The translations under genes were made by a program, and so were the position numbers. The notes beneath the pieces are model-generated. The model searched no databases, was not told where the DNA came from, and saw only the letters and a program-made list of their open reading frames with translations. A stretch of 46,450 nt of DNA, the filler included, from Sphacelaria rigidula (Eukaryota): the NCBI GenBank assembly GCA_964200075.2. It is 2 parts of 2 records of this genome, joined end to end, with 100 filler letters (N's around TTAATTAATTAA, not from the genome) between each part and the next. Parts side by side here need not be neighbours in the genome. Positions count along the whole stretch, not along the records: positions 23,279 to 46,450 come from CAXNAA020000282.1; 1 more part is not named here. The stretch is one strand, 5' to 3'. Within the stretch, counting starts at the first letter, position 1, and every line of letters begins with the position of its first letter. Positions 37,201 through 46,450 of this stretch are shown here, in pieces.

Positions 37201-40200
37201 CTTAGACCCAAACCCTCCCCGGCCACCGCCGTAGCCGCCATGACCACCGCGACCATGCCCGAAGCTCCCGCCGCCGCGGAATCGGCCCCGACCGCCGGCA
37301 CCCCCGCGAGCCTTGTCTCTGAGACTGGTCTTCCGCTTGAAGCGGCTGCTTCCTCTGCTCTTGAGGTCCATACGGACGAAGTTATCGCTCAACTTCAGAT
37401 GCCGGTAAGGGTGATGGAAACCACAGGGGCGGCGGGGAGCAGCGGCGGCCAATTTTTGCGGTACAAGGACAACGTGGAACGCACATACTTGCAGTAACGA
37501 CGTGCATACGGCCGATGGTGGGAATTACTTTTCAATCAGCCCTGGTATGCGAATCAAATTAATGCTACGATTTACATCTGGCGGAGCTATTTGTGAAAGC
37601 AACTGAGGATCGACATGAGCAACGCAAACGGCGGAATATTGAGCATGCCCTTGAATACATTGATCCGGTGCCGTCCCGTATAACCCCGGCGTTTATGCGC
37701 TCGCTTCAGGACAGTAATCCCTCCGACCGATCTTACCTCCGTGGATTTCGGAGACGACTTCTTCTTCCTTCCCGCGACTGCTTTCCCGCCACCCCGACCT
37801 CCGCCCCCGTTGGAATCAACTGCTCCCTTGGCCACCGTCGACGTATCACCTCGTTGGGCACCTGTCGGCGCTTCACGTTGGTCCTTTGGCGGTGGTCGAG
37901 ACGTCGATCGGGACGAATCACGAATATCCTCGCTCCGCTTGCGGCCCTTCCTGCTGGTTCCGCTCGTATCCATATCAAAGTCATCGTCGCTATCACTAAT
38001 ATACGTACGCACCGCCGACGTGGTCGCTGGTGTCGCTGTAGGCGTATGCCCCCCACCGCTTCCGTCGCCTTCGAGCATTTGCCGAGATTTTCTCCGACTA
38101 GAACGGGAAGGCGAAGAAACTGTGTTGTTCGTGTCAATATCCACATCTGAAGTGTCTCTCGGCTTTCCCGCGCCTTCTCCTCTACCGTCGTACCGACGCC
38201 CGTTGCTCGCCCCGTCCAACAACTCCCGATGTCGTTCCTCACTGATCAAGCTATCTTCACTCGCAGCAACAGCTGAGCGTTCGGATTCCGGGATAACGTG
38301 AGAATCTCCACTCCCGTGCCCCTTCTTTTCTTCTTTGACCCTGCCCACCGCACGCGAGGCCCTCAAATGCCAATCCTCATCCCCATCACCATTATCGATA
38401 TCCCCGCCGTCCGACCTTGCCTTGCGATTGCTGCTGCCGCCGGCAGCCACAAGAGCGGGTCCACAAATAAGCCCCCCAGATGTCCCTATCCTAACAGCTG
38501 TACTGTTGGGCACACCGCTAATCCCGCCCCCCCTCGCCGTCGAAACAGATCGTGCGGCAGATAGAGCACTCGAACCTGTTGGGCCTGCTCCGACATGCAC
38601 GGATCGCGATATTTTACTGCCGCCGCCGCCGCCGCCGCTACCGCCAACGGTGTTGACTATTCTGGTTGTGGCTATCGCCGACGGAACGCCCCCTTCAATT
38701 TTCGTTGACCTCAGTGAACCGGCGGAAGAAGATGGAGGACCTTCGGACAAAATACTCGCCATAGCAACTGCGAGTCCTGCTTCGTCCGGTGTTGTCGAAT
38801 CAACCTCAAACCCCGAGTCGCCTACGCCGCCAACTGACCGCGTGGGGGCACCTCTCGATCCTGGAAGTGCAGCTCGGGAGATGGCATTGCCACCTTCAGA
38901 AATCGCGGCGGATTTTGAAGTACCAGCGGGGAGCGGGCGCCGCAGTGCTCCCCCGGACACAGTCCGTGTTGAGCAATGACCCGCCCCCTTGGGAGACTTA
39001 CGAGAAGAAGATAACTGCGATAGCGATCCCAGAGTAGTGTGTTTTTTCCGGGCCGAGATGTCGCCGCTGCAACTGGTGGCACGAGAAGTGACCGACAATG
39101 ATGATACGCTGTTTGTGTGCAAAAGAAGCCCTCCGCTCAAGGTCCTGCTGTCACCTTTTACGACACCCCTATTGCTACTGCTGCTGCTGCTGCTGCTGCC
39201 GACGCGTCGAGCGACCCTCTCTCTTTCCTCCTCCACCAGTTGCTCTCCGGCCTCTCCTCGTCCCGGGGATCCATTGGTGAGACACTTGTCACCATCACCG
39301 CGCCCATGCGTCTGACGCGACGGGGTCGACTCGAGTGCTCGCTTCGTCGGCTCCCGTGGTCCGTTTCCGTTGCCGCTACCCTCCCCGCTTCCTCCAACTG
39401 CACGATCAGCTCGGGCATCAGCCTTCCTTCTCCTGGACATTACTCCTTTCTGCGTTGGTAACGCGGCACCCGCTGCCGAGGCCTTCACCCTTTCCACCTC
39501 CGCCTTCGCTCCCATGGCTCTGGCCCGCCGCGAGACTAAAACCGCGGTGTTGCCGGCACCGCCTCCAGGACGGCCGTCTAAGCGGCTTTTCGGTAGACCG
39601 TTGTCGTCGGTATCGCCTTTTCGAGAGTAGCCATCTCTCGCAGCGAGAACGGCGTTACCTGATTTTGACCCCAGCGTATTGCGGGGTTGCGTCTTTGGCC
39701 GGAGTAAGTCCATAACAGCCAGGTGCTCGGATAACTGGGAATTTTGCGTGCTACCGCTAGTGTTCCTGCTGCCGCCGCCGCTGCCGCCGCTATCGACTAG
39801 AGTGGGGTGCCCTTTGGTGCTCTGCTCCCTCGAGGCACAGGTTTGGGAACCTTGTCTCTCCGAGTCGTGGCTGTGTGAATTGGTGGGTTCTGTCAGCTTT
39901 CTCGCTGCTGCGCTTTGGCGGGGACCGCCCACCACCAGCACGTTTGACATTAAGCTGCGAGCCGCGAGAGACTAGAGGGGGTGTGGCCGACAGCAAGTGC
40001 ACAGAAGGAGGATGTGAGGATGGTGAGCCAGTGATGTTGTGTGGATAGGCGTGTATGAGAAGATGGTGCGATCTAGGCCTGGGAAACCCACATTGCGCTC
40101 CTGTCGGTGAGAGCAGTAACGGTTGTACATCGTCAAACCTCAGGATATGCTGTGTAGCACCACAAATAAATAGACCGCCAAGTACAACTACACCGTGCAC

Positions 40201-41058
40201 TGTGACCGATATACATTTTCATGCCAAAGAACACAGCAGTACTTGTGCGGGTACTCGTGCAGATTATTGGAGCTTCATATCTTGCTCTTGAGCCCGCCCA
40301 ACCTGCGCCACAAAATCACCCATCATCTCTCCCTCTCTGGTGTTTCGAATTGTACAAAATGTCTGCGTATTCACGGCGTGTTGAATGCTGACCTCAGCAG
40401 TTGCGACAGGATAAGGGCCATTATACCCCAGTAAAGTTAAAAAAAATCAGCTGAAGGACACAGCAATCTTACCCCTAGGCGTCGTGCCTTACCCCGTTGT
40501 GCGTTCTGCAATGAGGTCTGTGACTGCGCACCGAATGAACATCACTTGGCGCGAACTGATTTGTGAGTGTCAACCTCGATCTTCTTGAAAAGTGAGTGTC
40601 CTGGCCACTATCCCAAAAATTGTGTCGCTGTGGGTTCGTGATATCTTTGGGCACACCAAACCCTTCGGTATCGTGCGGGGTACTTCATCGAGAAACACGA
40701 GATCGTCCCTCATTGACCCGCATTGTCGACTGCAAGGGCGCTCCTCTGCTGGTACTGGTGCTGGCTGTGCTGTACTGGCTTGCTTCCTTGAAATTCAAAT
40801 GCCTCATGTTCAAGAGATCATGACTACCTTAGCGAAAGCGTTGTCCGTGGCACGATTCAACTCCACGTAGGACCTGTGTAAAAGCTTTCCCCTGGCCGAG
40901 CCATCGTCCCTGAGGGCCTCAAAGTCTGGCTGAAGAGGAGCCCGCCCATGCTTGCTCTTGAACGCCCTTTGCCACTCTCGCAGCTGGTTCCTCAGATGAC
41001 TGCGGTAGCTGTCGCTCGTCGCACTGTTAGCTTTTGTGCTGTTGGATGTAGGGAGCAT
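25285..41058 (-). CDS. RECQL4: RECQL4-type ATP-dependent DNA helicase, 5' twelve exons: 41058-40828, 39971-37737, 37392-37066, 35288-35215, 34156-34017, 30684-30530, 29989-29930, 29560-28070, 27765-27619, 27197-27027, 26016-25854, 25431-25285; 3' exons missing
   Basis: All junctions are GT-AG and phase-consistent. Sld2/Drc1-like N-terminus (LREWQRAFKSKHGRAP) and RECQL4 linker motif NFVRMDLK. RecQ motifs 0/I (FRHKSFRDGQ..LATGTGKSLTYQLPA), Ia (VVSPLVSLMEDQ), II plus aromatic loop (DEAHCVSQWSHNFRPSY), III (LALTATA), IV (SVVVYVW) and AYHGG. The exon 3 acceptor (gaag) is the least certain, and small extra exons cannot be excluded. Confidence 0.9.
26118..26322. mobile_element. ~200 bp MITE (second copy at ~32292-32505)
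   Basis: IR tagagag..ggaaaa.gctttttgtca..tcagagtgcaaata.ctcaggatcagagtg / cactctgatcctgagatatttgcactctgacttgacaaaaaggctttttcc..ctctcta. The same core recurs at 32300-32420. Confidence 0.8.
26363..26475 (-). mobile_element. Two tandem ~47 bp terminal fragments of family A
   Basis: Each starts tgtactcatgatcat and is delimited by (ag)agtagggg at 26353, 26411 and 26476. Confidence 0.8.
29604..29666. repeat. (GAGAA)n pentanucleotide microsatellite
   Basis: Direct reading; forms a pyrimidine tract on the RECQL4 sense strand just upstream of the exon 8 acceptor. Confidence 0.95.
29930..30560 (-). other. SAP DNA-binding motif within RECQL4, split over exons 30684-30530 and 29989-29930
   Basis: Spliced sequence FRKLPIAELKK-ELKKRGLGRGGKKDDLVQRL matches the SAP consensus L.V.ELK..LK.RGL...G.K..LV.RL. 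Confidence 0.88.
30863..31290 (-). mobile_element. Two stacked copies of family B
   Basis: gtactcatt...tgcttgcct...cattg.ccacgcatccc at 30863 and 30952, each preceded by a G-rich tract. Confidence 0.8.
31732..32289. mobile_element. MITE/foldback with ~160 bp TIRs starting AGGCCCA, plus an internal third TIR copy at ~32003
   Basis: aggcccaacattatcgacactgtgtttt...ctatccgaagtgctgcgttgca mirrors tgcaacgcggcacttcggatag...aaaacacagtatcgatagtaatgggcct. Confidence 0.82.
34165..34211. repeat. (CA)n microsatellite adjacent to the RECQL4 exon 5 acceptor
   Basis: Direct reading. Confidence 0.97.
34773..34819 (+). mobile_element. 47 bp terminal fragment of family A with a 9-bp flanking duplication
   Basis: cccccctgt at 34764-34772 and 34820-34828. 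Confidence 0.8.
35365..35843 (-). mobile_element. Dispersed repeat family A, long copy
   Basis: Homologous to 7859-8342; G-tracts on both sides. Confidence 0.85.
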
Positions 41059-43859
41059 ATTGATGAGGCACTAACCATCGGAAATGAACTCAACAGTGAA
41101 GTAGCAGAAGGTTGACATGCATGCTTCAGCACAATAGTGTACTACTGTAGCTGTGTGCTGTGGGGTGTAGCCTGGTAGCCTGGCGGTATCATTTCAGAAT
41201 GAAATATTCAAAAATACGCATATATACACCGCATCTACTACACTGCATCAGCCTTTGTCATTTTCCAAATACGAACACCAACGATGACTTTGTGCAAGCT
41301 TAGGGTTGAATTCATCATTTTTTCACCTAGAAGGCTGAATTCCCATTGACGTCGCGATACTTTAAGTGAGAGAGGCTTGTGCTTATGCACGTACTTCGCC
41401 TATCGAATATTATACGTGAAAAATGTACTGTTGTGTGTTGTCCAATCGGGGCTCAGAGAAGTCAGGTGTATGCACTGTACAGAAAAATATATTTTTCCTC
41501 TCAGTGGGCCTGCCCGAAGCCAAAGACTACAGGTTCGGCTTGAGCTCGAGTGGGGTGGTTGGTGCGTTGGAGACAGCTAGAGCGGTAGACCAGCTGCCAT
41601 GTCTTCTTCTCAGAAAAATATCGGAATCTTCTTACAGGTAAGGACAACAGCACAGCAGGGTAGACTGTTTGGACTTTGGGGTAAGCCGTTGCGCATGGTT
41701 TGGTTCTTCCTACTTGAATGTTGGGGTGCTAAAAGGTCGCCCGAACTACCACGTACTGAACTGCTGCCGACGCTACTATAGGTCTCCAAACGTACAGTCT
41801 GTATGGCACATACAGGGCTCATAGATCGTGATTCGTAGATCTTGTGCTCTTCATCAAGAAATGCATGCATCTCATGTTGTGCAGACGTCTATAGTCTCCC
41901 ACCGCGGTTGTCGATTCCGCACAGGTGGAGATTCTGTTTTGCATGAAACGGTCTGTGTGTGCGTGTGTGAATTACCGTATTGTAGTAACGGACGAGGCAA
42001 GGACCTTCTTGTATGCACATGATAAGATCACCGTCTACGTTCATGCTGCTCAGGAGGCTGGGGGAGACATAAGCTGTGATTGCTGCTGGGGAAAGCTTTG
42101 TACAGCGCAACGCACAACGGTTCCCACTGACAATGGCATGGTCGCAAATAAATGATTCTCTATCGATACCCACTCGCTGCACCGTATGGAGCAGAGACTC
42201 TGTCAATATACCCCATGCTGCCCCGTAAAGTTGAAGTGCGTTAGCGCAATCTATTTTCAAATACTGCAACAACAGTAGCTCTCATGTCGTGGTAGTCCCC
42301 GCAGGTGGCAGTTCGTGCGTACGGCAGTGCAGTGCGGCAACACCCCCCCGCAACTGAAAGTTCGAATGTGCAGTCCGATACACACAATACGTAACAAAGT
42401 GTCGCTGGAAAATGCAGCACCGCGTGAGCTGGCTTCGGAGCAATGAAATCTGCTAGTCGTTCGTAGCACGGCCATGGTACTGTTGTACTGCGATGGTGTT
42501 GCAGCTCCTTCGTGAGAGGGGTTCGGGTATATAGCGGAGTGTCCGCTTTCCGCTGGTTCATGTGGGGCTGAATTCCCGCCCCCCTTCAGACGGTAGACAG
42601 AACCAAACCACTGGGCATGATTGCCTCGTTGCCTGTGTTTACCGGTCTGAGAGACGGAACGATAGTGTCTTTCGGCAGCTGTGTACGGACAAAGTAGACA
42701 GTACGAGAAACATCTGCACAAAAGTAGCACTCGTGAAACATGTGTACGAGTATGTATGTGTTGGATCGCCGAACCAAGCTGACGAGTGAAAAAGAAAAAA
42801 ACCCCGAGCAAGTACCACAACAGTACGGTACAGTAGTACAACACGTACAAAAAAGAGGGTGAGGGAAAGCCACCGTTGAATCTCGGAGCGCCGTGTAGGT
42901 GACGGCTTTAACACCTCCAGTGCTATTTTTGTCCAGCAACGTCCGTTTTCTCAAAATCAACGACGATCACGCCGAAAATATAAAACGCTTATCGTTGGAC
43001 GACCCCCGTACAGATAGATCTAATTGGGACCAAGACGGGGGGTGGAGGATCTTGCTTCTCGAGGAAGCCGATAGATTGAGGATTGATTGTCGCACTTTAA
43101 TTGACCTCCCAGGGGTCCAGTCGTGGTCTCATGATGGACGTACCCAACAAAACGAATAGTTGAAAGGAAGAGAAGAAAAAAGAGAGCACGGGTGATATTC
43201 TGTTTCGTCATATCCAGCACACAAAACTTTGCATTTCGGGTACCCTCTCTGGCCAATGCATCCTGCCGTGCCTCGACCTATTTGAGATCGCGTCTTGACC
43301 CGCTGAGCGTCCATGCTATTAAATGTGATTCGGAGTATTTGGGGCCAGGCGCCCGGCTTGCAGAATCGGTACCGTAGGCGCAGATACACGCCGGTGGGGT
43401 GTGGATGCTTACAAAAGTTCATGGGAGGACAGTTCTAGCCGTTAGGATTAGCTCTATATTTGGCCGCAAAACTGGCAGGTGGCGATACTATGACCAACGC
43501 TACTTCATGGGTGCCCACCACCTGATGCCGGGGTCCCGAAATGGCGCGTCCGCAACCGACGGCTTCCGCAGTATATGCACGGGCCTCGCAGGTCGTTTCG
43601 GAAACACAGGCCGCACACCTCCCTTATGCTCAAGAACATCTGGATGGACAGATGGGGGGTGCTATCCAGGTTACTGTTACTGTGTGTTATCGTTATCCAC
43701 CGTATTCACAGTTGTACCAAGTTATCAAGTTCTGCACATAGTTCTTCATTGTCCACCACAGACGCAAATGTCCGAAGCTATGTTTTAGGCTCATGTGCGA
43801 GTTTAGATATTCCTCCGCATTTTTCGGGCATTGGCGTTTCCGGGCGCCGCAACTAGTTG

Positions 43860-45170
43860 ACTATATTACATGCCCGAATCGCGGGCATCTGATTGGCCGA
43901 AAGGCAAATGAATACGATCGAAAATGCCGCACGTGTTCGTGAAAGTGTCGACATTTTCCCCCGCAACTGTTTCTGAAACTCTGAGAATACCTGAAAGTGG
44001 CGAAAAAAAACGAAACTTCTATCGGCAACTGTTGAACGAAATCCCTAGATGCAAAGATGCACTACTTCCACGTCGTTCCCGTGATCTTTTTGAACCCCGC
44101 GCACGGGACACGTACGGAATTTCGATTCAACGCTCTGGGAAATAAACCCTGCAGACGCAAGGAACAGTGGAACCGGTTCTTCGTCGCACACGTTTCGCAA
44201 ATACCAAGAGCCGCCTCTGCAGCGTATTCGCCCAGCATGCCGCCTTCTTGACTTCAACGAAGAATCTGTTGCCTACAGTACATGTTCCCTATTTCCGATT
44301 TGAGTGCGCCTGGAACATTAGTCACGCACAGCAACAACTTCCGAACTTTTGACAACCTGTACCAGCGCCGTCGCCAGCAGTTACCGCACTGCACTGTAGC
44401 AAGTACTGTTCTGTCGTGGTGACACGCTTCTCCCGTTACAAGCTCCAACTGTAACGTTTTCGGGAGGTCACCACTCTCTGCCATACTCGCCTACCAGGGA
44501 TAATTCATGCGTGCGTTGCGTCTACGCATGTTTGTTCTGGTGACGATAGCCATCGGCGTGCTTTTGCGTATCACAACACAGTACTATTTGTAGTGACATG
44601 GCCAGTTTATTAATTAATAGTAAAGCGCAGACTGCGGTACTGCTAGTGCTAATGACGGCACTGGTGCAGGTTGTCAGCAGTTCGGTAGTGTCACTTACGA
44701 CCCGTGTTTAGGGTGCACTCAGATCAGAAACAAGGAACAAAGCGGCGACGTTAGCTTATTTGGAGTCGAGGAGAATGGAAACACGCGGGACAAGGAGGCT
44801 ATAGTTGCGAATCTCGGCATGTGTGAAGAACCAATCGTGTGCGACGGAGAACCGGTTCTAGTGCCTCGTTGCGTTCGCGCTATTCATTGTCGGGAATGTT
44901 GATCCGAAATTCTGCAAGCATCGCGTCGGCAGGATACGAAACGTCCGCGGGAAATAGGCGGAAATGTCGGCCCTTTACATCTATGGATTTCATCCCACAG
45001 GTGGAGAGCGAAATTCCGGTGCCGTTTTTAGTCACTTTAAGGTGCAGTTGTAGGGGAAAATGGATAATTCCAGGTACACGTGCGGCATCTTTGGTGTCCT
45101 TGAGGTGAATGTTTTTTACCTTCTCGGCCATTCAGATGGTGGCATTTGAGGGCAGGATAAGGTATAAGGT
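43860..45170. mobile_element. Old diverged foldback element, ~550 bp arms
   Basis: Mirror pairs: atgccgcacgtgt (43924 / ~45075), gaaccggttct.cgtcgcacacg (44170 / ~44836) and tgacaacctg.accag.gccgtc (44350 / ~44653). Confidence 0.78.
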
Positions 45171-45189
45171 ATACCTGAAACGTTATCAT

Positions 45190-45774
45190 CGTTTCCATCG
45201 TGCTTGCGACCCTTCCCCTTCCTCGGGGAAAATCTGCAGTCGGAGGGCTTTATCCGTCCTTGCCCCCCATCCCGGTCTCGGAAGGGATGCGTGGTCAATG
45301 GCCGCACGATTAAGGCAAGCAACAAATGAGTACCACCCCCCGCGGCGCTTCGCGCTTGGTAATTGAGTGCGAGCCTGCTCCGGCGAAAACCCGGCGTGCC
45401 CCGTCCCGGCTTTGTAGGGATGCGCGGTCGACTGTTCGATGACTACGGCATGCATAATCATGAGTACACCCTCCCCCCCCCGGTACACGCCTGATCGCGA
45501 AACACCCATGAGGCAGTGTATAAGCCGGGGGTGTCTCTGAAAGTGGTGATACCAGAAAATGACGCAACTCATTATAGGCTGTCATCCAAATGCAGGATAA
45601 TCAGTAGGCTCCGAGCCGGAGAATCTTGGCAGGACGCAGCTCACCCTTCATGCGACTCGCCGAGCACACCAGGGCGCTTCGCGCTTGGTGATTGAGTGCG
45701 AGCCTCGTCCGGCGAAATCCCGACGTGCTCCGCCCCGGCTTTGTAGGGATTCGAGGTCAATGGTCATATAACTA
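45190..45774 (+). mobile_element. Head-to-tail stack of family B (to 45333), family A (45343-45467) and family A (45485-45774)
   Basis: atgagtac + C-run at 45326-45341 and 45460-45481, each immediately followed by the next copy. Confidence 0.82.
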
Positions 45775-46450
45775 CGAGCTGGGCCAGCCTAGAAACGGAT
45801 TCAAGCTCTCAAAGCTATATCTCATCGACACAGACGAGTTGGGCCATGATCCTCATATCGTCATAACCGTCTAATCAAGGAGGAGGTGCCCATCTGCTCA
45901 AAAGTCTGGGCCAATATTTCTCGTTGATTTAAACCCATGTCTAGTAATTCCTATTCCTAACGGAGATAGCGTTCACACTAAAATCTATATGAAACCCCCG
46001 ATCGATACATCCAGCGAGTGACAGCGATTTTTGGTGTGGACCTTCCCTGGAGCACGGGGGGACGACGAATACCTTCACCTTCACCTAAGTCGTTATCTAC
46101 CTCGAGATGTGGCGCTCATAAGTTTTCACACTAAAATCAGTATATTACGAGCAGAGGCACTAGATGAACTAAATCTGGATACGGTATCACGTCTCAGTTT
46201 CTGAGAGTTATGCTATGAAATTTCGTATGGAGAACCGCTAGTGCATAATGAAGCAAAATCAAAAACAAAAAACAGCTTTTCGATTTTTTTCGATTTTTTT
46301 CATTTTTGTTTCGTTTTTAGGGCAATTTTGAGGACAAATGAACACTGCTCTTAACCCTTTTGGGACTGAAGCTCACTGACACCACGTTCACGACGTGTTG
46401 GTAAAATAATAACAAACAAGCCTGGGAGCGACCTGTCCAATCAGGGCGAG

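Noticed and set aside
28056-39975. Many long plus-strand ORFs (e.g. 28905-29459, 37741-38301, 38335-38979)
   Set aside because: Antisense shadows of GC-rich RECQL4 exons.
40470-40780. Extra RECQL4 exon between exons 1 and 2
   Set aside because: A gtaag donor exists, but no frame stays open across the segment, and exons 1 and 2 already join in phase.
45780-46200. Possible retroelement coding remnant
   Set aside because: No RT, RNase H or integrase motif recognisable in any frame.

Overview
Eukaryotic, intron-rich and repeat-rich genomic DNA. The gene content and architecture (LRR-ROCO gene built from 72-nt LRR exons, long GT-AG introns, tRNA-headed SINE) point to a brown alga (Phaeophyceae, Ectocarpus-like); this is inference. 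From left to right: (1) an (AAT)n tract, then a pseudogenised LRR-Roc-COR (ROCO) gene (~717-5028, +). Its 72-nt LRR exon cassettes lie on BOTH strands and are separated by homologous ~50-60 bp imperfect palindromes, resembling an invertible or shufflable cassette array. (2) A tRNA-derived SINE. (3) A hypothetical gene on the minus strand, divergent from the first exon of a DUF952 gene. (4) A decayed, probably intron-containing hAT transposase (-). (5) A scaffold gap at 23179-23278. (6) Twelve phase-consistent exons of a RECQL4-type helicase (41058->25285, -) with an unusual Sld2-like + GRF zinc finger + SAP + RecQ architecture; its 3' exons were not found before the gap. Interspersed are several foldback/MITE elements and two related dispersed repeat families that end in ATGAGTAC + poly-C, are variably 5'-truncated and sit in C/G tracts with short flanking duplications. 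All coordinates were read by eye, and repeat boundaries are approximate.
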